Positions 1 through 11,558 of a DNA stretch of 49,331 nt are shown here, piece by piece. Location: assembly GCF_000281045.1 (NCBI RefSeq), contig NW_008246098.1:104404-153734 (forward strand), read 5' to 3'. Under the pieces are notes generated by a model. That model ran no database searches. It had not been told where the DNA came from and was given only the letters and a program-made list of their open reading frames with translations. This DNA is from Saprolegnia diclina VS20. Its lineage: Eukaryota. The position numbers were made by a program, and so were the translations under genes. How positions within the stretch are numbered: position 1 is the first letter of the stretch; every line of letters starts with the position of its first letter.

Positions 1-228
1 TGCAAGACGTTCAAGTTCCCCGTGGATGACTTTGAGCTGCTCACGGGCGCCACAGTCGCCAAGCAAGACGTGGTTGCGACGACGAGCAGCGCGTCCACGA
101 CTGCCACTTCAGCTTCCGCCACCGTGTGGCTTGGCGGTATTCTTGGTGGTCTTCTCGTTCTGGTCGGTGTCCTTTACGCGTACAAGCGCACTACCCGTCG
201 CGCCGAGTACACGCACCTCACTGCTTGA
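1..228 (+). CDS. Serine carboxypeptidase S10, C-terminal fragment (5' end outside window)
   Basis: Frame from base 1 reads CKTFKFPVDDFELLTG, matching CKTFSYPRDELEELSG near the C-terminus of the downstream carboxypeptidase; followed by Ser/Thr linker, TM helix (VWLGGILGGLLVLVGVLYAY) and short basic tail. Confidence 0.8.
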   Translation, partial: CKTFKFPVDDFELLTGATVAKQDVVATTSSASTTATSASATVWLGGILGGLLVLVGVLYAYKRTTRRAEYTHLTA

Positions 229-834
229 AGCAAAGCGCCACCCATCACCGTAGGCCGTCTTTGCACCTAAAACTGTAGTGTCGTCTGTCGAGTCCTTTCT
301 CTCAAGCTCCAACGTCACCCTCATTCCCATGTACCAAACGGCCCGGACAGCGCATTAGACTTTGAGTGCAAGCAAGCACGAAGCACGCAAGACGAGAAGT
401 CATGCGTCCTTGCTGTTGGAGCCCCGTGTGCTCGAGAGAAAATGATGAAAAAGGACTGACCAGCGTCGTCGTCGGTCATGGTCGTCGGTTGCTTGTTTTG
501 CCATTTTAAATTTTGGCGGGATTCGAAGCTGGGAGAGTGCAACTGTGCCCATCTTGACGGCTGCATGGAAGAGCGTTGCTGAATCGAGACCCTATCACGA
601 TCACCCCAAGGACGGAATACTACGTGGCGTCCACACCAGCACCAGCACCGTCGCGACGCCGCTGTGCTTGCCACCCACGCGATATGTGAGGTTCGGGAGG
701 TGGGTGCATCTGCGACCGATTTCGCAGCCAGTACATTCAAACGAGCACGTCGTTCAGAGCTGCGTCACGTCACCGCAGTCGTCGGTCCAAGGGCAACTCC
801 AGTGTTACTCACGCCAACTGGGTGCAAGCCCGGT

Positions 835-852
835 CTTCACTTTTGCTTTTCA
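835..852 (+). promoter_or_regulatory. Putative oomycete core promoter (Inr/FPR-like)
   Basis: CTTCACTTTTGCTTTTCA just upstream of ATG 858; resembles the oomycete YCAYTYY initiator followed by a pyrimidine-rich element. Confidence 0.45.
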
Positions 853-857
853 TCGCC

Positions 858-2396
858 ATGCGTCTCGTCTGGGCCTTGGCGGCGCTGCTCGCCGTAGCAG
901 TCGCCACTCCCGCACACAAGATCGTGTCGCTCCCTGGCTACGACGCACCGATCGAGTTCGACCAGTACGCGGGTCACCTCTCGCTGCCGTCGAACGACCA
1001 AAAGATGTTTTACTGGCTCGTCGAAGCCGCCGAAGCCAACGCGTCGACGGCGCCGCTCGTGCTCTGGCTCAACGGCGGTCCCGGCTGCTCGTCGCTCAAT
1101 GGCTTCTTCACGGAGCTCGGCCCGTTCGTCGTCAACAGCGACCTCTCGCTGACGCGCAACCCGTATGCGTGGAATCGCCACGTCAATGTCCTCTTCTTGG
1201 AGTCGCCGTCCGGCGTCGGCTTTAGCACGCCTTTGCTCGAAGACGACGACTACAACGATACAGTGACGACGGACCGCGCCCACGAGTTCTTGCGCGAGTT
1301 CTACGCTGCGTACCCCATGTACATGAACCGGGATCTCTACATCTTTGGCGAGAGCTATGCCGGAATTTACATTCCGCTTCTCGTGCAAAAGCTGCTGTCC
1401 GCGCCGCTGGTTGGGGTGCATTTGCGCGGCTTTGGCGTCGGCAACCCGTTCACGGACGCCTCGATCGACGGCGGCGCCACCTTTGACTACCTCTACAGCC
1501 ACGGCATGCTCGCGCTCGAGACATACAAGGCGATCCAGACCTACTGCCCGCCGTCGCTTCTCGCTGCGTGCCTTGCGGGCACTGGGTGCACAGACCGCTG
1601 CGCGTTGGCGCTCGTCGACGGCTTTATCGGCGCCGACGAAGCTGCCATGGACCCGTACGACATCTACGGCGACGTGTGCCTCCTCACGCAGGCGCGCCTC
1701 CTCGCGCCCAAAAATGTTCGGCCGCTGCACCGCGGCGTCGTCGGTCCGTGCACGGCCAAGTACATGACCGCGTACCTCAACCAGGCGTCGGTCCAGGCTG
1801 CGATCCACGCCGATTCGACGCAGGCCCTCGACTGGGCAAACTGCAACGCGGACGTCAACGCAGCGTACGACCGGACGCCGTCGGCGCTCCCGGCGTACGA
1901 AGAGATCCTCTCGGCCGGCTTGAAGGCGCTCGTGTACAGCGGCGACACGGACGCCGTCGTCAACTTTATGGGCACGCAGCGCTGGCTCGCGGCGCTGCAG
2001 CTGCCGATTGAAGCCAAGTGGCACGCGTGGTTTGGCCCCGACCAGCAGCTCGCCGGCTACACCGAGCGGTATACCAACGTGACGTTTTCGACGGTGAAAG
2101 GCGCGGGCCACATGGTCCCCGCGACGCGACCGCTCCACGCGCTCTACCTCTTTGAGTGCTTCCTCTTTGGCGACGACGTCTGCAAGACCTTCTCGTATCC
2201 GCGAGACGAGCTCGAAGAGCTTTCGGGACTGCAGGTCGTGCTCGACCAACCGTCGACGTCGTCGCCGTGGCGATGGCTCGTGCTTGCCGTCGTCAGCGGC
2301 TTTGTGCTGCTTGGCACGGCAGCGTGCGTTTGCCGTCGGCGCCGGCGCCAGGCATACGTCCCCCTGCGCGCCACCCGCTACTCGGCAGCGACATAA
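858..2396 (+). CDS. Serine carboxypeptidase S10, signal peptide and C-terminal TM helix, intronless
   Basis: Signal peptide MRLVWALAALLAVAVA; motifs WLNGGPGCSS, GESYAG (catalytic Ser), YSGDTDAVV (Asp), GAGHMVP (His); TM WLVLAVVSGFVLLGTAACVC. Confidence 0.95.
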   Translation: MRLVWALAALLAVAVATPAHKIVSLPGYDAPIEFDQYAGHLSLPSNDQKMFYWLVEAAEANASTAPLVLWLNGGPGCSSLNGFFTELGPFVVNSDLSLTRNPYAWNRHVNVLFLESPSGVGFSTPLLEDDDYNDTVTTDRAHEFLREFYAAYPMYMNRDLYIFGESYAGIYIPLLVQKLLSAPLVGVHLRGFGVGNPFTDASIDGGATFDYLYSHGMLALETYKAIQTYCPPSLLAACLAGTGCTDRCALALVDGFIGADEAAMDPYDIYGDVCLLTQARLLAPKNVRPLHRGVVGPCTAKYMTAYLNQASVQAAIHADSTQALDWANCNADVNAAYDRTPSALPAYEEILSAGLKALVYSGDTDAVVNFMGTQRWLAALQLPIEAKWHAWFGPDQQLAGYTERYTNVTFSTVKGAGHMVPATRPLHALYLFECFLFGDDVCKTFSYPRDELEELSGLQVVLDQPSTSSPWRWLVLAVVSGFVLLGTAACVCRRRRRQAYVPLRATRYSAAT

Positions 2397-2447
2397 GCAC
2401 AATCAACACGATGGTATTTTGGACAGATTGAGCATTCGCGCAGCCAC

Positions 2448-3166
2448 TTATGTAAGCAACGTCGCATGCATGACCGGGAACCGCGCCGGATCGGCGTCGG
2501 CGTCGTCCCGGACGTGGCGCCGCAGCGACGCCTGCAACTCCTTGGCGTAAATGGCGTCGATGCCGCGCTCGCGAAGCTCCGTGTGCACGCGCAGCTGGTT
2601 CTTCTCCCAACTCGCCGACGGCGTCACCTTGGCAGAGCGCACAGCATCGAGAAGCAGCTCCTGCATGAGCGTCGCGGCCTGGAGGTGGTCGCTCGGCAGC
2701 TTCGTGTCCTTTGTGCGGTACGCGCGACTGATGTTCGTGCGGGGCTTGGCCGCTCGCGCCACTTGCTGCCTACGCTAGCAGTGAGCTTTCCAAAAACTGA
2801 GTCGCTCGCATACCGCGCCTCGTCGCGCTGGATCGTCTCGACCCACGACGCCACTTCGTCCACCGGCACGTGGTCCGCGACGACGTCTTCCATCGCGCGC
2901 ATCACGCGGCGGCTCGGCTGCAAGCCCGCGTTGCCGCCAAACATTTGCGACATCATCGGCATCATCTGCGCCATCATCTTGCTCAGGTCCGGCATCGGCG
3001 CGGCGCCACGCGGCGCCATCGGGGCCATCTGCGTGCGCGCCGGAGCTGCCGGGCGGGCGGGCGTCACAGCACGGGGCGCCGTCATCTCATTGATCATGTC
3101 TTCAAACATCTCGTCGTCCGAGGACAAGGACATGTCGTCCAGCATCTCATCGCGGTCCAAGTCCAT
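2448..3166 (-). CDS. Hypothetical protein, at least 2 exons (start uncertain)
   Basis: Two coding-like ORFs joined in frame by a 44-nt GT..AG intron (2770-2813) giving ...QRDEAR|QQVARAAK...; Met-rich segment DLSKMMAQMMPMMSQMFGG. The frame stays open upstream of ATG 3166, so an extra 5' exon is possible. Confidence 0.65.
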
Positions 3167-3307
3167 CGCGTCAATCACCGCAAGCTTGTTTTCGGCATCT
3201 GCCGCGAGAAACCCCGAGACGACCTAAACTTAGGCGATTGCCTCCATGTAGGCAAAATCCGATTTTCGCCCATCAAAAAACAGTGTTTGAAACAGAATTC
3301 GTGGCTT

Positions 3308-6242
3308 CTATGACGTGGCTGGTCGCAGGAGCGAAAAGTGGCAAAAGAGCGTCGCAAACTCGTACGGCCCCGTGCGCATGCCGTTCGCAGCGTAGAGCGG
3401 TACGTTGCGGTACCTGGAACAGGTCAGTTTGTCTGCGAATGCGTTGCGTAGTACCCTTCGCGGATCGACGAGAGCGGGAGCGCTGCAAACCCAATCATGT
3501 CGTCAAAGTCGAGGTCCTTCTCCATGACGGTCAGCACCACGAGGTGCAGCGCGGCTTCTAACCCGACCTGCGCAACGCCTTTCGCCCCATTAAACCCGAA
3601 ATGGCATCGTACCTCAAAGGTCATGGTGGCATTCCAGACTGGGTTCAAGCCATTGTTGTCGATCGCGGCCGTCGTTTTGCGCAACGAGCTCGACTCGCTC
3701 ACGACGTCGACCACCACATATGGGTCAATGATCTCGCCTACGATGAGCATGAGACGTCGTCGCGCGGAATCGAATGCACCTGTCTTGGCGCCCGCCGGCT
3801 TGGGCAAGTGCTGGCCGCTGAGAACGCGGACAGTGATGGCGAGGATATCGCGACCGAACGTGCCCACGTGCTGTCGCATCGAGTCGGGTTTGAGGACGTA
3901 CCCGGCCTTGCCGTTCTGCGAGAATAGCCCGTGGTTCATGTACATGGGCAGCTACACCGTCCCGTGAGTTTCGAGCATGAGTGCGCGAGAGGGTACATCG
4001 GCGGTCTGGTAGTTGAGCGCCACGAGCTGCATGCCAGCGCTCCACCCGAGCATCGGGTTGTAGTTGGACGAGTCGATGCGGACGCCCGAGGGGTACATGC
4101 GCGAGACGTGACGCGCGTTCAGCTGCCGGAACTGGAGCTTGGCGTCGTTCGTGGCCGATAGTTTTTTCACTTTGGCTGGTCACACACGTCAGCGAATAGG
4201 GTACGAACGGGATATGTACCTTCGCCAAAGGACGACATTTGGGGGGCGCGCCAGCTGCCGCACTCGCCAAACGAGTGAAAGTGCGTGCCCTTGAAGAAGA
4301 GGATCGCGTCGAGCTCCGCAGCGACGCTCGACTTTTTCGACGGCGGCTGCTTGGCCTTGTCGGCGGCGTCGTCCGAGTCCGAGTCGGACACGGCGTCGGC
4401 GTCGGCTTTGGCCACTCTGCCTTTGCCCTTGAGCAGGATCTTGCGGCGCAGCGCGTAGGGCGACGGCAAAACGTCTTCACTCGGCGCCTGCTTCTCGCAG
4501 TGAAATACTCTGCCGAGAAAAGAAGAAGCGCGATCACGTACGGTGGAGTAGAGGGCGTCGCCAAACACGCGGACCATGATGGCTGCCATCTTGACTTGCT
4601 GCGGCTCTCCGCAGTGATTCTCGAGCGACAAGATGACGGGGAAGGGCGACGTCTCAAAGGCGTGGGCGTGAATGGCCTAGTGCAGTTCTCGATATGCTAG
4701 ATCATCTAGCCCCTCCTTCTACCTCGATGACGTCGACAAACTTGATTTTGGTCGTGAGCGTGTGGCCGTGGTACACAATCGGCTCGCCATCATCGCCGTC
4801 CCACGTGTCTAGAACCCTCAAGTTTCATTCGGCGAGCGACTGGCTGCGACGTACCTATCTCGACGCAGCGGCAGCTCTGCAAAAGAGCCGAAATGTACAT
4901 GTGCACGGACGACGAGCTCTGGAGCTGGTCCCCTACACGCTCTCAAGAGGAGAAGACGAAGCGCTGTACCTTCCAAGTACGTGTTGTGCGACGATGCGAT
5001 CCAGTAGTGCGCAAGGGGCTGGGTCATGTCTTGGTGCAGCTCCATCATCTCGGGTTTGGACCACGCATTGCCCGGACTGGAGAGGTACCGACGTAGCCTG
5101 CTCCGTGTCTCTTGTTTCGTTCGAGAGCAGGGAGCCACGTACCCTTCGTACGGAGCTAACGCTGCATATTTAGCAACGAGCAGCGGTATCGTCGCGGCGC
5201 CGTGGCCTTGGTCCGTCAAAAACGTCTTCCAGACCTCCTCGGTCCACCCCTCGGGAGCCTACGCCGATGGGTTTCGGCGGGAAGCGGGACAACAACACGT
5301 ACGTAGAGGTCGCGAAGGCTGTCGATCTCGCTTCGGTGCCGCACGGTGTTCATGAACGTGCAGTACTCGTCAAAGTCGAGCTCGCCGTCGGCGTCCGCAT
5401 CGGCGGTCGCAAATGACGCCAGCATCGTCTGCTTGGCTACAAGACACTGTATTGAGGCAGTGCATTCGGCGCTCGTCGCACCGGCGCTAGCGTGATTGAG
5501 GCGGTGCGCAACCTTGAGCACTTCGGCGCGGCTGAGCATACCGTCGCGGTTGGCGTCGGCGTGGATCCATTGCTGGTACAAGAAGGCCCGCTCCGGGTCC
5601 TGCGCCCGGGCAAGTCGCTGGCGCTCGATGAGTGACCGCAGTCCCTAGAGCATGATGAGTGTGCGACTTTCTGGTCCGCCGCACGTGGAACCAGCGGCTG
5701 TACTGGCCGGCGTCTGTGCACAAAATGTCGATGCACTTGCCCGACGCGAGCACGATCGAGAAGCAGAGGTCGCGCGATAGCGCCTGCTTGGCGTCCATCT
5801 TGTGGAGGCGCGCGGTCGTGACGCCGGGCTGGATGCGCTGGATCGTGGGCATGTCGACTAGTCAAAGCGATGCATCTATGGCGAGTATGAGCAGGTAGCG
5901 TACTCGTGCACGAACTCCGGAAGAGTGCGTCCGTGAGCTTGGCGAGGGACCCTTTGGACTCCCACTTCAAGCTAAAGAGGTCCTCCGAGACGTAGTATTT
6001 GCGCGATGCCACCTTGCCGCCGCGGTCTACCTTGCGCAGCACCTCGCCTACGTCGTGAGCCGTTGAAAGAACGTCGTGGTGGGTGGTCGGTAGCGACCTG
6101 CCAGCAGCGGCTCGTCCGACGGCAGCCCGGTGCAGCTCTGCAGTTTGCGCGAGTTGGCCTTGAAGAGCTGACCCTTCCGCCCGCTGCTCGTCATGGCCAC
6201 AGGCGGCGGTAGGGTCGTAGCCGTGTTCTTGTCTTCCTCCAT
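3308..6242 (-). CDS. PLC1: Phosphoinositide-specific phospholipase C (PH, EF-hands, X, Y, C2; delta-like), about 15 introns
   Basis: PH-like [31 protein letters not shown]-hands [12 protein letters not shown] and [13 protein letters not shown] box [48 protein letters not shown] box [27 protein letters not shown]2 [38 protein letters not shown]; stop TAG at 3308-3310 after the last intron. Confidence 0.95.
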
Positions 6243-7139
6243 AATACCAAGCTTTGGTCACAATTCGACGATTCCAGCCTGTCCGAAACGTCCATTCCAG
6301 TGTTTCGCATCCAGTGTTTTCAATCGTATGCTGGCTGTCGTTGCATGTGTCAACAAACGTCTCTGGTTGTCGACGCAGCATGAAGAGCGAGCGATAGGCT
6401 TTCATACTTTTGTAGTGACTACTGACGTCGGTCGAGATCTGCAACACAGCGTTGAGCTTGGTGAAGTGTTACACGGCGATTACCGAGCGTTCGAGCTTCC
6501 TCGCAGAAAACCCTCCCCTCGGTTTACCTGCACCGAATCGTGGTGGCCCTATCTGACACAATAATCAACGGATGGTCACCAAAGGTGTGGCGCAGGCTTC
6601 GATTCCGAACACGTGGCCACGCCAGAGAGCGCCGCTGCGTCAGTACGAGACGGCTTTATTGGACGGTGGAACGCAATAACACCACCAAGCAATGGGTTAG
6701 CTTGACGGTTTTGTCACTGCTACTAGCGTTGCGCTACTATCCCGGGTCTGGCGATTACTCGCGACTTGCGTAGAGGTGTCGTCATCGCACTCACGCCAAA
6801 GCCTCCGTCTCGACCCGGTGGTCGTCTGAATGTCTGGCATGCGTCTCGCGCTGCGAGGAAGTGTGTGTATACGAAAGGCCCATACAGCGCCTGGGACGCT
6901 TTCTGGTGCAGGCAGAGACTCATCCATCTGGTGCCACTCCAAGTGTCTGTTGGGCGTGGTGAGTCTCGCGGCCGCTTGCGTGGGTTCGTCGTGGTTGGGG
7001 GGGCGCGCCCAAAATACGGCCGATGGCCTGTATTTGGGTGACACAAAAGCGGGGGGAGGGGCCCTTGAAACAAAAAGGAACCAATCAAACTGGGCCGTCG
7101 AGCTCCGAGCAGTAGACCACTACGGCATCTGCGTCGTCG

Positions 7140-9107
7140 ATGGCAAGTGTCGGCTTCTTCGTCGACTGCTCGCACACGACGCTGTTCGTGTCGACTTATG
7201 CACGGTACGATCGTCCACCCTGCGACCGCCGCTCACGCTATCTCTTTGCAGCGGCAACGAGAACGGCGGCGTCAAGGTAAACACGTGCCGACGCCGAGAA
7301 CCAACGTAGACTCATCGCTGCCCTGTCTACGTAGAGATTACAGTACGACGCATCATGGCCGTCGTCACTAGAATCTTGTCGACCGTAGGGATTTCCCGCA
7401 CGAATGCCACGTCACAAAGGCGTTGAGCGTCAAAGTTGAGCTGGCCTCGCCCATGCGATCGTCGCACTTGGCTGTCTTTGCGCAGTTTGAGCTGGCCGAC
7501 GACCCTTCGACGCTCAGCCTCGGCCAGCACTTGCGCATTGACGAGCTGGACGCAGACGTTCGCAGTCGCCAGGACCCACTGCGCGCGTGGATCAAGGGCC
7601 GGGCCGACGATACGACGGGCGAGCCGTCCAGCGTACACCGCATTCTCTTGTCCGTTTGCGTCAGCGAAGAGCGTAGGTGCAAGTGTTTCACTTGAACGAA
7701 GGCAACCAGGCCGGGTGGCACTACTCGTGGAAGAGCGGGCGTGGTCAAGCAGTGCGGGAAACCAAACACTGTCTTCGGGTCGACTGCTGCCTCCAGGATC
7801 ACGTTGTGAACTGTCTCGCGTAGGCGTACGTGATGGCATGCGTCGACGCCCAAGTTTGCCGCGTGCTGCTGGTTGCCTCGACACCGGCGTTCACGATCGA
7901 GTCGTCGCGGCGCAAGGCCGAGCCGCTCGGCCCCGACGTGCTCGTGACGTTCTCCAAGCTCTTCGCCCCCGAGTCCAGCATTCGCGTCAAGGCCATGCAG
8001 CTCCAGACGCTCTACGACTTTCTCTCGTCTTTGGTGCTACCGCACCTCGTGTTCGTGCAGCCGCAGATCCAAAAGCAGCTCCACGAGCTCATCTACAAGC
8101 CTCCCCGCGCCGCGTCCAAGCGCAAGCGCGCGATCACGGGCGACGCCAGCGTCTTCGCCGCGCTCTGGAGTGCGTCGGCGCCGGCTGCGGTCGCTCCAAC
8201 CGCCAAGGCGCGGGTTGAAGTTGGCGTCAACCTTCTCTACGACATTGTCCGCCACCTCCCGTTCATGCACAAGCTCATCTTCCAGCGCGACGGCCCGTGG
8301 CGGCTCGGAGCGACACCCGAGCTCTACAACTGCTGGGTCGAAAACACGGCGAGAGCCATGGACGCCCTCCTCGCAAAGCCCGGCTTGACGCTCGCCGGTT
8401 TCTGCGCCAAGCTCGACACGCCGCTCTCAGAGCCTGTGTCTTTGGATCAGTTCCTGCGACTCCTGCCCACGCTTCATGTACGTAAAACTGTGTGGCTCTA
8501 CGTCTCATCGTTGTGCTAGCCGACCGATTATGTCGACCCGCCGAGCCTGCCCCACCAAGGCGCGTTCACGGCGTCCTGGACCCTCGATCCGGCGCGTCTC
8601 GAGCTCCGTACCGTGGGCGCACTGCCGTCGCTCTCGCTGATTACGGTGCTGCGCACCATTTCCATGCTGTCGGGCTTTTCGCTCAGCCTCGTGCAGTCAA
8701 CGCTTCATGTGCACACCTCCTTATGGCGCCTACCAGAGCTTATTGTGGCGCCGTAGATGCGGTCGTACGCCGAGTGGCTTCCGACGGCGTGGACCACCTA
8801 CGTCCTGGACGGCCGACTGCATCCGTGCGATGCTGTTCTCCCCAATGGTGAGCCTATGAGCATGATTGCTCTCGACCGCTACGTCGGCTGGCACAAGGAC
8901 ACGAAGTTACGCGTCGACCTCTTTGGCCCGAGCCTGCGTCTCTCTGTGCGCTGCGCTCTCACCAAGGAGACCGAGATGGACATGGACGTGATCGTGTGGG
9001 CGACACCGAGCGGTGACGATGGCACCGCCGACCTGCCCGACGACGTCCTCGACGCACGCTGCGGCCGGCTCCTCCACGCAACTGGCGGCTTTGCAGCCGA
9101 AGGCTAG
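7140..9107 (+). CDS. Uncharacterised Cys/His (FPH, GWHYxW) family protein, paralogue A (divergent), multi-exon
   Basis: Exons 7140-7204, 7252-7276, 7335-7342, 7389-... splice to MASVGFFVDCSHTTLFVSTYAR|GNENGGVK|RLQ|DFPHECH...; later VFHLNEGNQAGWHYSWKSG and STPAFTIESSRRK match paralogues B-D. Confidence 0.75.
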
Positions 9108-9208
9108 GTACTGGCTGAGCGAATTCGCCAATGCAGCGCCCAATGAAATGCGGTCAGTGTAACGAATAAGCGTGACAAGTTGCCATGTTACTGGGTGTTG
9201 TATCAAGA

Positions 9209-9988
9209 TCAATACTGCGGCGGTCGGGCAGCGACCATGAGCTCGCCCGATGGCAGCGTGCTTGCGAGTACCTCGGCGACGTCGTCGAGGTCTTCCACGT
9301 GGGCGCGGAAGGCCGTGACGTAGTCGACCGCCACGTCGAGGCGAGAGACTTTGAAGTGCATATCCATCGCAATATGGAGCTCGACCGGCACGTGGAGGCG
9401 CGAGCCGAGCAGCCGCGACGGCAGCGACGGGTGCGAGTAGACGTGTGGGAAGAGTGCCTGCAGCGTTTGGTCCGTCACCTCGAGGGCAACGATAATGTGC
9501 GCGCGCATGAAGCGGTGGTCAATGGGCATGAGATCCCGCACGCTCATGTGAAAGGCACCGTAGCATGTGCAGCATCGTCGCCACTGCTCCATGACTTTTT
9601 CGATGCCACTCTCCGCATCGTCCATAAAGACGACGTCCGGCCGGAGGAGCGTCCGGAGCTCGACGTCCATTTGTTCGTGTCGCGACGCATCCCAGCCGTG
9701 TGCGAAGAGTTCAAAGTAATGGCGCAGAAGACTCTCCATGGCCATCGACGACGCGGGCACGGCGGGCAGCGCGCTTGTCATGTCGTACAAGTGGTGCTGC
9801 AGCTGGTTGGTGTCGTTCGTCAACGCGGCGACATCGTCTTCGAGGGACTCGGTCCGGCGCTTCTGTTCCGCCCGCAGCTTGCGCTTGTTCATCTTCCGTC
9901 GATGCCGGACATAGAGCAGGTGCTCGTCCTCGGTCGGTGGCGGCGGGCGCGGCGGACGCCGGCGGGCATCGGGCGGCGGCGCGCTCAT
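9209..9988 (-). CDS. Oomycete-type bZIP-like transcription factor
   Basis: Basic region VRHRRKMNKRKLR, R-x9-L spacing, Leu heptads (LEDDVAALTNDTNQLQHHLYDM), then C-terminal domain (YFELFAHGW..LLRPDVVF..MEQWRR) typical of oomycete bZIPs. Confidence 0.8.
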   Translation of the reverse strand: MSAPPPDARRRPPRPPPPTEDEHLLYVRHRRKMNKRKLRAEQKRRTESLEDDVAALTNDTNQLQHHLYDMTSALPAVPASSMAMESLLRHYFELFAHGWDASRHEQMDVELRTLLRPDVVFMDDAESGIEKVMEQWRRCCTCYGAFHMSVRDLMPIDHRFMRAHIIVALEVTDQTLQALFPHVYSHPSLPSRLLGSRLHVPVELHIAMDMHFKVSRLDVAVDYVTAFRAHVEDLDDVAEVLASTLPSGELMVAARPPQY

Positions 9989-11558
9989 CAAGGAGTCCAA
10001 AATGGCCCACTCGTTGTTTCATTGCCACCGTGTCTATCGGTAGCGTATATTTTGGGCTCGCTTATTATTGGCGCGTATTTTATTCCTCGTGGCGCCGGAA
10101 ATATAGTACCGTCCCTGGTTCGATCGACCACGCGGCAGCTTGTCTTGGGTGCAACGCGTTCGTGCACTTCGTGTCTTTCCCTCGGTTTAAGAACCCACAG
10201 TGATTGTGTGAGGGTGTGAAACGTCGTGCTGGCATTTAATGCAGCACGGCTGGGTACGCAGCTGACGTGTGTGGCCAGGAGCCGCTGTCACGGCTGGCGA
10301 ATTATATTGGACTTGAATTGTCCATTCAAGTGAATGCGCCGCAACCATCGTGGGCTTTGTAGCGTTCAGCTGCCAGTAGCATTGCGACCATCGTGTCTTT
10401 ACCAGATCCGTTGCGACCGAGGCGTGGGCGCTGCGCAGCGCAAAACAGCCGTTGGCGCGAAGTTCGAAGCTGTCGACGCGCGGCTACTTGACAGGACCGA
10501 ACGAAGTTTATCAGCCTCGTTTTACGTGCGCACACAAGGCGTTGCGTGCATGGCGTCGCCGCGACAAGCAGCGCCACGACCACGATCCAACGCCGCGCTG
10601 GGCGATGGCGAAACGAGCGGTCCACAGCGGTACCCACCTTGTATCACTCCCCAATGATACACCGGCTGGAATTGTCCAACATTTGGACACCCCAAACAAA
10701 CCTCTCGTCACGCAGATGCGGGGCTGGGGCTGACAGGCCCACAGAACCAGCTTGACCATTGCGCAGTTGATAGAGAGCGTCTCGGAGAGTACGAAGACAT
10801 TGGTGGTCGACTTCACGCGAGTCTCGTTGGCCTACTAGACTGCATCGCGCGCGTAGAGCCACTACGATCTGCTCGCACCAGCCCCTGTCGATCAGCGTGG
10901 GAGGATCCATTCTCAGCTTCGAGGGTACGTGCACGGTACCGGAGCTGGATTTGAAAGGAGGAAGCGTCAAGAGACACGAGCGCAACCCGGGTTGCTCAAC
11001 AGGTTGCCAAACCTCTCACCACTTCTACCTTGCTGACTCGGCAGCTACATTGTACACAAACACAGACTGCAGGTGGTTTATAGCTGGATGATTGTTGCTA
11101 CTATTATAGTACATAGTACCTGAGGTGCGGGGCGCTGGACCATTGCTACTATGGAAGGTGAGGTCATCTGCATGATTTAATCGTTTGAACAATTTGTGCT
11201 ACGAGCTGAGCTTGAAGCGCGCGCACTTCGTGGCTTGCAAGGGCCTTGTATTTCAGCCAATCCAATAGTGCCATTTTGTTTGCGTGCAGTCGATTGGCAG
11301 AAATGCTGCAGGGCTTCGCAAAAAAAGAACGGAGACGAAGGCGACTTTAATAATATCCAAATCAAATCAAAATAATGCGAGCTACGCTTGTCGATTTTAT
11401 GCAATCATCAGCCCAGATTCATACAAAGTAGAAATGTATCAGATGGGGCCAAGACATTCTGCATAAAAATGCATTATTGTATTACTCAATAATAATATAC
11501 TAGAATTCACATATTGCGTGGACCCGGCCAGTATTTCCGTCTTGCCTGCGGCGCCGCC

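Noticed and set aside
837..2402. 521-aa minus-strand ORF (and similar long antisense ORFs at 9185-10219, 26082-27596, 44914-45777)
   Set aside because: Shadow frames of GC3-rich real genes on the opposite strand; no motifs.
6540..7130. Short ORFs between PLC and paralogue A as possible extra 5' exons
   Set aside because: ATG 7140 aligns with the N-termini of the other three paralogues; upstream ORFs lack coding bias.
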